Source: Albugo candida
Taxonomy: Eukaryota
DNA: 20,000 bases
NCBI GenBank assembly: GCA_040437565.1
Contig: JBDOQK010000073.1
Coordinates: 117,233-137,232 of the forward strand
Direction of reading: 5' to 3'
Positions 9,640-19,978 of the stretch are shown here, one piece after another. Both the position numbers and the translations under genes were made by a program. The notes beneath the pieces were generated by a model. The model worked only from the letters and a program-made list of their open reading frames with translations, made no database searches and was not told where the DNA came from. Within the stretch, counting starts at the first letter, position 1. Each line of letters starts with the position of its first letter.

Positions 9640-12600
9640 GAGGTCATGACTACGGTGGATGGCATCGAAAGTGTCAATACTCTATTGGATTCAGGATCGG
9701 ATTGTCGGATGATATCCGCTGGCCTCGTTTAAGTGCTTTCGGCTTCGAAACATCTGCCGATGAAAGACTTAAAGTTGCCGTTGAAGATAGACACCGTAAG
9801 CAAGACGCCATTTTGGGTAAAACGAAGTGTGCTTATAGCCTGTGTGGAGTTCACTACAAATGGGGGCCACTTGTATGGCGAAATTTGGAAGTCATGGTAA
9901 ATGAAGAAGATGAATCACTCTCGTACTCATGGATGGAAATTCGATGGAGGCGATTTGCAAGGAGCAAGAGAAAAACAAACAGTCTGGGATGCGTCCGTTA
10001 ATGAAACGCAAGAAGTACAGACCCCGGTTAGTAAGTCTTTGAAAAGATGCGAGAAAAAGCTGTATGAAGACCTACATGATACTGTCGACGAAGAAGAACG
10101 GTGTCTTTTCACTCCGGAAGTGACGTGTAGCGAAACTCAGCTAGAAACGGTTAATGCCATATTGAAGGAAAAGATGACCGAGGTGCAGGAAGCAGGAGCC
10201 ACAGTGGAGTCAGTCGACCGTCTAAAAGCACTTTTTATCAAGCATGGGGATATATTTCGAGTGGAATTCGCTGCAGACCCTCCGGTAAAAGTTGCACCAT
10301 TGCAAGTCATCCTAAAAGAGGCATCTATACCGTTCATGGCGAAATCGAGGCGTTATTCACCACTTCACAAAGACTACATGGATAAACATCTCGCGGACCT
10401 GATGAAACACAATTTCATATATCGTAATCCGAATCTAAGATGGATAAGTGCCCCGCGTATTGTAGCAAAGTAGGAAGTCGGATCTTACCGTATGACGGTG
10501 GATCTACGGGCAATAAATGAAGTGACGGTTCCAATGGCATGGCCCATTCCGCACCTCGAAGTGGTTCTGGCGAATTTGGAGGAATCAAGATGCTATTTTT
10601 CTTTGGATTGTTTTCGATTCTAATGGCAACTACCATTACATCCAAGTAGCCGAGATTATATTACTGTGGTGATGCCGAATGGTTTGTTCACGGCAAAGCG
10701 AGTTATTATGGGATCGACCGATGCAGTTGCTTATATACAACAGGTAGCCGAACAAGTCATGAAGCCAGTTCTAGGAAAAGGCGTACAGGTCTGGCTGGAT
10801 GATGTCTTGGGATATGCGGAGAATGAGAAGCAATTGCTGGATACACTTGAGGTGGTCCTGCAAAGATGCCAAGACTTTGGAGTTAAACTACATCCAGGAA
10901 AATGCGCTTTAGTTTCGTATTTAACCAATTGGTGTGGAAAGCAGATTTCAAGTGAGGGCATAAGTCATTGCGCGAGTCGGGTACAAGGCCTGTGTGAGAT
11001 CGCACCTCCAGAAACCTTGGCCGAAGTTCAACAGTCTCTATGTGCCGTAAACTGGATGCGAAACAACATTCCAAATTACACGGCACTTGTAAAAGATCTA
11101 CAGGAAGTTCTGGAACATGCAACAAAGTCTGCAGGAAGCAGAAAGAAGCAGAATCTCATGACCGTGTTTTTACGCGACCATGAATGGAGTTCCAAGCAGA
11201 ATGCATGTCTACAAAAGATCAAAAGAGTTTTGTCTGGTATGATGCCGATGGCGCATCCAGAAGATGCTTGGGACGTGTGTTTGTATACAGATGCATCCCA
11301 AGATCTTTGGGGGACTATTATTACACAAGTAGCACCGGGGGAATTATCAAAAACCAGAATGGATTAAGATCATTTCCCGCTCGCTTTTATAAACGGGTCG
11401 TTCAAAGGAAGTATGTTGAAATGGGCAACGATTGAGAAAGAAGCGTTTGCGATAGTGGAAACGTGCAAGCGGATGGAATACTTGTTGCTGGGACAAAAGA
11501 GATTCCATATATTCACCGACCATCGAAATCTACAATTCATATTTGACCCAAGGAGTATCGATAATGCGATAGCTCGATACAGAGCCGACAAAATCCAACG
11601 ATGGTCGATGGTGTTGCAAGTGTTTCGCTATACGTGGCCGGAAGCGAAAATGGATGGGGTGATCCGATATCACGGTGGAGTCGACCTAATTATAACAAAG
11701 AACGCGTGTCAGGTAGGTGCTGTGCTTTATCAGTTGTCACGAATGTGTCGCCTCTAGAAAAAACGGATTTTGAATGGCCGTCATTCGAGGAGACCAGAGC
11801 AATCGAAGACAAGGCACTTATGGGGCAAGCGGCCACCAACTACACCAAGGATGTAGTGAAGTTAGTTTGGTAGTTCTAGATACACAGGGACGTACATGGA
11901 TACCAGATCATGCGGTGGATCTACAGCAACGGTCATGTGTCATTGCTCATGCGGGTGTAGCAAGTCATCGTGGAATTGGAACAACTTATGAAATTCTGGC
12001 GGCAAATGTAGTATGGAAAACCATGAGAGACGACGTGCACAAGTTTGTTAGCAAATGTTTACACTGTTTGGTGGTTCAGTGTGAGAGGTGTCCACGCCCG
12101 TACGGCAAAACACTACGTGCAACAAAACCAATGAGATTGTACATTTTGACTACCTATCGATGCCAAAAGGCTTGGATGGTTTGCGTTATGTCCTTGTGTT
12201 GAAGGATGGGATGTGCGGGTTCTGTGAATTTATCCCAACAATCGTTATCAGCACGGCAGTTACCGTCAACGCTTTGATGGATTGGTTTAAGAGTCATGGT
12301 GTGGTGGCGTTGTGGGTATCCGATCAAAAATCACATCTCAAAAACGAAATGATGGTGAGGTTACGTAAGCTGCTTGGTGCGCAGCACCATTTCGTTACTG
12401 CATACTGTCCATGGGCAAATGGATCCGTAGAAGTGCTGAACAGGAAATTGTCGAAGGCAATGCGGTCACTTCTAAGCGAGAAGCGGCAACTGATTGGAGA
12501 TTGACCGCAGCTATTGTCGCTGTGTCAGTCGAGCATAAACCAACTACCGTCGAGTCGACTTGGTGGTGCCACCCCACTGACGGCGTTTACTGCGCTCCCT

Positions 12601-12714
12601 CGACGAGATCCGATCAGTATCATCTAAGACAGCTGGACTGGCAGGGATGTCGTCATTTACAAAGCATGCGATTAATGAGAAATAACAAAAACACATGCAT
12701 GAACTCCAGCAAAC
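9640..12714 (+). pseudogene. pol: Gypsy pol (PR, RT, RNase H, IN), disrupted
   Basis: Motifs listed for the element are spread over ORFs 9502-9732, 9901-10473, 10666-11367, 11413-11757, 11774-12202 and 12088-12504. Confidence 0.93.
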
Positions 12715-12733
12715 AGAAGCACAGAGGATATCA
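12715..12733 (+). repeat. 19-bp direct repeat, right copy
   Basis: Identical to 8469-8487. It begins where integrase-like coding (..QKHMHELQQ) stops. Confidence 0.92.
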
Positions 12734-13985
12734 GTCGGCAAGTTTGCTATGATTTGTCGTGCGAAACAATATGATCGGTCTGTACTTGCCTAGATCGGAT
12801 CTCAAAGTTAATGATACAGCAAGGAAATAGACGATTGACCTTATAGTCGAAAAGCGACTTCTCATTCTTGTTGAAAATTGAATACGGTCTTCAGACCTAT
12901 GCCACCTTTTCCGATAGAACTGATAACATGCAACCGGTAGCCTCCTTAGACCTGTAGAGGAACTACTCCATACGAGATTGATTGCTTCCACCGTACCGGC
13001 CGCATCGAGGTCAGTTGAGAGACGGTAATATCGCTTTTATCTGATTGTTTCAACAGCTTGATAATTATTCAATTTTTTTCGCCCAGGTGATTGAGCTGAA
13101 CTTAAACCATTAAATTATCGCGTTAGATGATGCCGTGCTGGAATGAGCTCAATTCAACATATAAAATAGTTCTTTCGACATGCAGAATCAATTAAGACGA
13201 ACTTTGCACTGTGATGTCCATGATAAATCCTTACCAGCGGTTGGTCGATTCCGTAAGCGTCTATTGCACACAGCTAAGAAAGGCATTTAAGACAGCTTTA
13301 TCAGCTTAATCTACACTACAGATCTACAAGTAATGGTCTAATTAATCATAGATCGTTTCATAGCATTGCTAAATGACTAAGCCTTGATTGCTGGATTAAG
13401 GCTATATCGTGATCACCTAATGCAAGATGCGTTGAAGCCCATTCGAACTTGTGTGAAACCAATCGCTATGACTCATCCTTATATTGCCAAATCCGCAAGA
13501 CAAAATGACGATTGCGATAACTCCGTTTGGTGTATCTTTTAGCTGCTATATCACCGGGGCAAGTCCGAATGAAGGATTGCCATCACGCCGCCCACTCGAG
13601 TTGGATGCGGTGAAACTTTTTTTGCGTCATTAATACAACTTTTTTTCTATTTTTGACAAAATTAAAACCAGGACAGCGTGATTTGTAGAATGTGGCTATA
13701 AAAGATGACCATTCTTACGAAAATCATTGACATTGGCTTTGAGAATAAAGTTGTTCCACTTAACAAAAAATAGAAAGTGGGCAAGCTCTCATTTCCTTAT
13801 GTACGATTGTAGGACGAGGTAGAGTGCTGCAATTGACACTTTGTTGCGGCATAATAAGCATTTCTGAAAGGCTTCGCAACGGCGATGACGAAATAATTGC
13901 ATCATTTTTTCTCAAACCCCTACTCTCAACACTTTGCCTCCACTTCCGAACGAGCCTATGAATTTAGCAGATTGGTTGCAAAGAT
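12734..13985 (-). mobile_element. Old degenerate L1/Tx1-like LINE, 5' part (ORF1 end, APE endonuclease, RT N-terminus)
   Basis: KWNNFILKANVNDFRKNGHL (~13762-13700), PTRVGGVMAILHSDL (~13606-13562), HLALGDHDIAL (GDFN-like), EAINLVWSSSSTGLRRLPVACY (KSPGPDGLPAEFY-like) and RSDLGKYRPII (RADPGNYRPIA in the young copy). There is direct DNA similarity to the young copy, e.g. 13561 AAGTCCGAATGAAGGATTGCCATCACGCCGCC vs 17641 AAGTCCGAACGAAGGATTGTCATGACGCCGCC. Confidence 0.82.
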
Positions 13986-16900
13986 CCAACTTGCTCAACC
14001 TTATACATTCAATGCACAATAAACGAGTTTTTTCAAGCACTTGATTATCAGACGATCAACAGACGATCAACAACTGTTTTCGATCAATATTGATGATCTT
14101 GATCAGGTTAATTATCGAGATGAAGACCATCAATGTGAGGCAGACACAATACAGTGGGTATTAACACAAATGTCAACGAGCTGAACGGATGCCATGAAAT
14201 GCTTCTGCTCATAATATTTTGCTGTTTAAGAAATAAGGCTCTCAGTGCTATATCAAGCTATAAGGCCGCACAAAATGACGATCGTCGGCGAACAGCGCAG
14301 CTTTCGTACACATGATAATAAAGTCGATGAACGCGATGGCTTTGACTGCTCGAGCCAGTTTTTGTAGTAGTTATGAGGCTGTATCGCACCAAACCCGACT
14401 TTTCTTATGTCACGCTTGTGAGAAGCTTGTTCGACCACGTTTCAATCATGAATTCGCTTAACGCCTTCATGACAATCGCCCGATGCATTTGAAGTGCTCC
14501 ACATTCATGCTGGCTGGGTGTACATGTGCTGCTCTAATGATCTGATCGGGGCTTATACAAAAGTGCATGTGCTCTCGCACAATTTCGCTTAATGTGATTT
14601 GTGCAGTAGCTTGTCTCTGCTTTTTCAGTTAGACTGAGTGCAGACCGCAAAATCCTTCAATTTTGGCACGTGTGCGTGAGCGCCGTAGCCGAGTCCATCT
14701 ACGAAAGCAGCTTTATGAATTGCTTTATAGAAACTCGCAAACTTGCCCACGCTTTTCATTCACTCTTCTTTTGGCCCGTTGCCTTTCGTTCGAAAGTAAT
14801 CAAGCCTACCTTGTTGTGGAGGCCACCTTTGAAGACATCTCGATTGATGCGGACTGATTGAGATGCGCTTGTCATGTACCGGATTTTCCAAACGGCTTCC
14901 AATTGCTTAACGTAGAGCAAAAAAAAGAAGTAAATTGTGCTCACCAAATCAGGTAGCGCAAGAGGTCACGATTTCGCAACTATTCTTGGAATGCTCTGAT
15001 GATTTGAATCAATTCCATAGTACTTCGTTGTTCTTCTTAACTCTAATGTATTCATTGCACAGAGAACCGCACATAGCATACGAAAGCAGCAAGTCGAAGT
15101 GACAAAGAGAGCGCTCTGTCGACAGGCAGAGTTCTTGTCATTCGGGAGTCGAATTCTTTACAACCCTGATGTACCAAGAACTAATAGAGCGCCAGTCATT
15201 AGCACTATAAGGTCACTGGACCCTCTCTCTCACACATATGCAACTCCGTGATATGCTCTTGTGCTTCAATGTACGATGCATCATAAAACCTCTCCATTAC
15301 ATAAAGTCAAAATAAGTCGAATAATATCGGCACCGACTACGCTCACGTAAATATCATTTCTTTTCTTATTCGTACAGGATACTCAAATAGTCGTAATGAA
15401 CATTTCCAACATGTTTTTATTCTATTAAACATTGCAATCGCACAGTTTCGAAGAAAATGGTTCTCACAAATACGGACTCTCAGTTATTCAAGGTTTGATG
15501 AGACACGAAGAAGTGAAGTTGATATCAAGCGCCATGCATCTTGATGGTCTCTTGATTGCCGAGAACCACATTGCCGCATTGGATTCAGGACAAGACAAGT
15601 ACTCGCAAAGGGTACCATAGGTAACAGAGCATAGGTAACAGAGCAATATTGTGATGCTCTACAGAAGCCTTACCAGATCTTTTCACTCTTTCGGTCAGTT
15701 CATTAAACAAGGCGTGTTCAAAAACCACGCAGCAATTCTCATGCCGCATACGTGATTTCGTCATCCTTTTATCGGCCTGCCTGCCATGTAGAGGCAGCTC
15801 TCGTTCGGCTAGAATGACGAAACGTAACAAGCCGGAGGGCTCCTTCTTGCATTCAACCATACTCTAGACTGCAACGGAGATCACGATTGGTCTATCCCAT
15901 TTGCAAAAGCTCATCTGAAGGAAACACGTTTGCGAAGCCAATCGACTCAAAACTATTTAAGTCACCTACTTTCGGTAGGATATTCTTTTCGACATTTGGT
16001 ATCAAATGGGACTGCGCCATCCACACGATCATATCCAGGATCTGAACCCCTATCATATGGGCCTCATGCTACTTCAACAAAGCTGTACTGATTTAAGTAT
16101 CTGCTAGAAAAATAAAATGCAGCGAAAGCGCCAGACTCAGTAATAACGACTGTCCAGCACGCTCGCATTCGACTCTAACAACGCACTCCTGAGTTTTCAT
16201 TTGACGCAAGCATAATTGTTTGGCCGTTATCCTACTTAAAAATCAAAAGAATTTTGAAGGAAGAACGTAACGCTGCCACTTTCTTTCCAACCTCAACTAT
16301 TTCTCATATCCATTTAGCNNNNNNNNNNNNNNNNNNNNNNNNNNNNNNNNNNNNNNNNNNNNNNNNNNNNNNNNNNNNNNNNNNNNNNNNNNNNNNNNNN
16401 NNNNNNNNNNNNNNNNNNTTTATTTCTAATTTGCATCCTCCATCAAGTGAGAGTTTTCCTAACAATTAATTGTCGAACTAAAAAGGCAGCGCCTGACTGA
16501 AACCATGTATCATATCAAGCTCTGACAGGGCAAAGATTTTATAGAAATCTGTCAAAAAAAAGCGTTGTTGTTGAGCTTAGCGATCAATAAGCTTCAGTAG
16601 GTTCGGCAAACACTTGAATAGATCTGTAATCTCACCTCTTGAATAGGAAAAGGACGGGCAACAATATATCAACTACGCCTATTGGACATCTTGCTTGTTC
16701 ATGGAGAGCCATACCTTTTTACTTCCCTTAGAATTTGTCATACAACGCGCGTTTGATTTGTCGTGTAACAGATACGTGCTTCAAATTCACTTTGTTTAGA
16801 ACCATTCGATTCCAAGTTATTCGACTGCTATTATTTTTTAGTAGTCCATCAGGCGCTTCATCTTTGATATTCAGAATCATGTCTAGAACATGGTAAACAA

Positions 16901-17004
16901 TGGTAACAAGGGATGCTGCAGCCAAGATGCTCTCATAGTCGTCAGGGAGCCGTCATTATTGGATTGGGCTAAGCAAGTCGTTTTCTGATCGGTGATAAGG
17001 ACGA

Positions 17005-18150
17005 CAAATCCACTCGATCGTACGCTTTCTCAAAATCGAGAAAGGTCGCATATGCTTCCTCACCACGATGAGTGATCAAATCCTGTAGATCACTCATGTA
17101 TCGAATGTGGTGGTGGATGGATCTGCCTCTCAGAAATGCTTTTTGGTCTTCGTGAATCAATTTTGGGAGCATTCTCTGGAGTCGATAGGCAAGTACCTTA
17201 GACAGCACTTTCACATCCACGCATATTAATGCAATAGGCCGATAGTTTCCAGGATCTGCTCGAGATCCTTTTTTGTAAAGCAACGTGATTGCCGAACTAC
17301 GCTGAGAGCGCAGCAAAGAGCCGCGACGAAGTTGATCGTCAAAGACAATTTGCAAACATTCACCAAANNNNNNNNNNNNNNNNNNNNNNNNNNNNNNNNN
17401 NNNNNNNNNNNNNNNNNNNNNNNNNNNNNNNNNNNNNNNNNNNNNNNNNNNNNNNNNNNNNNNNNNNATTCGAAAGTGTTGGAAAGCAATAAATCATAAA
17501 AACCCACTCGTTCCTCGGCCTTGACCGGTGCATATACATTGTGAATATACACCGGTGCATCGTGAATGATGAAACTCACCACCAAATAACGATATCGAAT
17601 GCTTTTATCGGTGAGTTCTTCAGCTGTTGAGTAACCGTGAAAGTCCGAACGAAGGATTGTCATGACGCCGCCACTGCGGTTTTGAGTCGGATGGAAAAAA
17701 GCACAGTTGTGGTCATTGACGAACATTTTGTGCTGCAATTTTTGAGGATAATAAAAACTGAAATGAGTCCAGTTGGTTGTGATCGTGAAACTTGGTCTCT
17801 TTAACACAACAAATGGAGTGTTGTGATAGGATGTGGTCGATAAAAAGATTACCATTTTTATGAATTCCATTCACATTCACCGTGAGTGCTGAGACATTGT
17901 TCCACGTTGAAATAATTGAGGTGCTTAGCATTCAAGCTGAAGTGGACCAGAAATCAACATCGTTTCACCATCTTGTTGTGAGAGGTGAAGTGTTGTATGT
18001 TTCTCTGGAAAAAAGCTGAGGTTGACTGAAAGCTCAGCGATGTCACCATGGAGAAGGCCACGCCATCGACCTCCAAACCATTGAGACCAACACTTTATGC
18101 CCAGATCGGAGCGGAAGAAGGATATGATCAGATTGGTTGGAATTTGTTGT
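17005..18150 (-). mobile_element. Younger L1/Tx1-like non-LTR retrotransposon fragment (ORF1 C-terminus + ORF2 APE endonuclease and RT N-terminal half), 3'-truncated
   Basis: ORF2 from ATG 17931: TVNVNGI, CVKETK, SGGV, IHNVYAP (APE); after the gap ITLLYKKG, GNYRPIAL, DQKAFLRGRSI, FLDFEKAYDRVD (RT). One frameshift near 17740. RT similarity ends at about 17005. An upstream open frame ends at TAA 17927-17925. Confidence 0.93.
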
Positions 18151-18479
18151 TACAAGCCAGTGAATATTAATTTCGGTCTGAGGTCAATTTGAGTAAATTT
18201 AGCCAGTGAATTAGGGGGTCGGTAGATAGTATCAGGAGGGTGAGTGAATACTAAAGGCTCCCAAAATAGTATACATACTTACCTTTTATTTATACTGCTG
18301 CGTAGTGTTTCTGGATTATTCTAGCCCTCTGAATAAGGGCCTCGAGTAGTCTAATCCGGAGACCACCCCAGCTTTATGTCATCTTGAGAATATGAAACAA
18401 CTCCAGGAGCATTCCAGAAATTTACCGTCGGAACGCACCTACAGATCAGAGGGGTTACTCTCCGTTTGCGCCACGCTAA

Positions 18480-19199
18480 CGATAGTACGTGTTTTAAACA
18501 TTATCAGCAGCTTTTGTTTGTATGAAACATGATGATGATAGCTCGCACAAAACTTTCTCTGGTGAATTTTTTTTCGCAACTCCAATGGCCATTACCAAGC
18601 GAGACCTTCATATTACGGATCATCCGCATAGGATTGAATATTCTTCTGCTCGCTATGCAAATGACGCATCAAGATAAACGCCCATCGTCAAATGGCAGAC
18701 CTGTTGTATGGTATCTGTAGTTTCAACGGGTTTCGAAAAGATCGGAACTGTCTGGCATGTGTTGCTTCAGATCGGTAGCTCTATTGTTCAAACAGTGCGC
18801 TGTACAAATTGCAATGGAGCGAAGATAACCGAGAGCTCGAACTTAATTTATACGTTATGACATTACGCAACGTGTGTGAAAAATCTATTCTAGACTAATT
18901 TATTCTCCAAGAATAGCTACATTGTTGAGCTGATCAAAATCAGACTAGACACTCTGGTATCTGGCAGCTTTCCAACCTCACAGAAAGAAGGTGCAGGTAA
19001 TGACGTATGTCATAGGACAATCCCGATAGAATGACAATCTTTCAAGTTCTTGCAATTCGGATGTGCGAAGCGCATTGTAAACTCCCGCTTGTAATTTATC
19101 ACATAGATGACAAAGCGGCAATGCAGATACCACCTTTCTTGTAGCCGACCATACGAGGACTAGCGCCAATATCTACAGCACAAAACTCTCTGCTCACAT
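18480..19199 (-). pseudogene. Probable pseudogene of a secreted CHxC/CCG (CxxCxxxxxG)-type effector
   Basis: From ATG 19199: M*AESFVL*ILALVLVWSATRKVVSA-LPL-CHLCDKLQAG. This is a signal-peptide-like hydrophobic stretch ending in VSA, followed by CHLC-x5-G at 19112-19083. More Cys pairs follow in frame (CTAHC, CVIC), with many stops. The 3' limit is uncertain. Confidence 0.45.
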
Positions 19200-19782
19200 C
19201 TTATCGGCAAGTATTTGGAATGAGAAAGACATGCCACACCACCTCTGGTAAGAGATAAAGTTGTTGGGACGATTCCCTTTGTACCAGAAGTGCCAAAAGA
19301 CCGACCTTGTCATTGTTGGCATCCTCCTCTCCCACCTTTAAATACTGTCTCCGTTGCAGACCAACGACCTGATGCTTTCCCATTTACTAGTTTGTGTTGT
19401 TCTGGAATTGGAAGAATTATTCGAGGAGAAAATGATTCTAATTCTATGATTTTAATAAGTATGAATTCCAGACGACATGGTCCACAAACAGATGTATGAC
19501 GTTGTTGAGCTGCTCTTAGATCGAAGCATGGTCCTTGCAACTTGGAAATCGTCTCGCCTTCTTTTTTTTTATATTAGTTTTTAGCACTCTTTGCATGTGA
19601 GTCGGTTTTATGCAATGATTTCGAATCCGTGGCCTGACAACTAAGGAGTCAGACATTCAGTAGACAAGCAAAAAAAATACTATCAGAGCTGTATGGACCA
19701 TCGAGAAAAAAAGACTACAATCCCCAAGAATCACCTCTTTCTGACTAATTCTCAAAGCTCCAATGTGTGGTGCGAAAAAATC

Positions 19783-19790
19783 AAAAAAAA
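19783..19790 (-). terminator. Likely Pol III oligo-T terminator of tRNA-Asn
   Basis: T8 on the minus strand about 35 nt downstream of the tRNA 3' end. Confidence 0.5.
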
Positions 19791-19825
19791 GAAATCGATT
19801 AATATTATCTCATTCTTAATTATTT

Positions 19826-19898
19826 CTCTCCCAGCTGGGTTTGAACCAGCGACCTTATGGTTAACAGCCACACGCTCTACCAACTGAGCTATAGGAGA
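19826..19898 (-). tRNA. tRNA-Asn (GTT)
   Basis: 73-nt cloverleaf: TCTCCTA/TGGGAGA acceptor, GCTC/GAGC D-stem, TGTGG-CT GTT AA-CCATA anticodon arm, GCTGG-TTCAAAC-CCAGC T-arm, discriminator G. Confidence 0.95.
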
Positions 19899-19900
19899 GA

Positions 19901-19978
19901 GACCCCGTCGGGGGGCCTAGCGGATAGTACACATGTGTTCCGACCGTGTGTACCCCGGTTCGAATCCCGGCGGTGGCA
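19901..19978 (+). pseudogene. Degenerate tRNA-like sequence, most similar in layout to eukaryotic tRNA-His
   Basis: TAGCGGATAGTAC (A-box/D-arm-like), GGTTCGAATCC (B-box) and 3' CGGTGGCA. The 5' acceptor strand (GACCCCG) pairs poorly, there is an extra G run, the T-stem has a mismatch, and the loop reads TTCCGAC rather than TTGTGGC. Confidence 0.6.

Larger units (their letters stand above)
8488..12714 (+). mobile_element. Degenerate Ty3/Gypsy retrotransposon internal region (gag-PR-RT-RNaseH-IN), no LTRs visible, truncated in integrase
   Basis: Gag zinc knuckle CLKCDCTEHSVRNC (CX2CX4HX4C, 9499-9540); protease LLDSGSD (~9681-9701); RT ISAPRIV..YRMTVDLR and WLDDVL (~10792); RNase H YTDAS, IEKEAFAI, TDHRNL; integrase HHCC (AHAGVASHRG...CLHC) and HFDY / VSDQ / GSVE. 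The order PR-RT-RH-IN is Ty3/Gypsy. Many stops (e.g. 10471, 10621, 11365) and frameshifts. Confidence 0.96.

Noticed and set aside
8430-12741. Short minus-strand ORFs over the Gypsy region
   Set aside because: They are antisense shadows of gag-pol with no independent motifs.
8000-13200. LTR pair, PBS and PPT for the Gypsy element
   Set aside because: No long direct repeats, TGG-type PBS or polypurine tract were seen. Both flanks translate as LINE remnants.
14250-16310. Additional decayed secreted or Cys-containing genes (e.g. ORFs 14756-14947 and 15585-15860, minus)
   Set aside because: The fragments look coding-like, but I could not find a convincing signal peptide plus motif or any family assignment.
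19826-19898. Organelle-derived (NUMT) origin of tRNA-Asn, because of its T1-A72 pair
   Set aside because: No flanking organellar genes are present and there is a Pol III-type T-run downstream. This cannot be decided without comparison to the mitochondrial genome.
19901-19978. Functional tRNA-Arg(CCG)
   Set aside because: CCG is central in the loop, but the acceptor, D and T stems are defective, so it is treated as a degenerate tRNA-like sequence.
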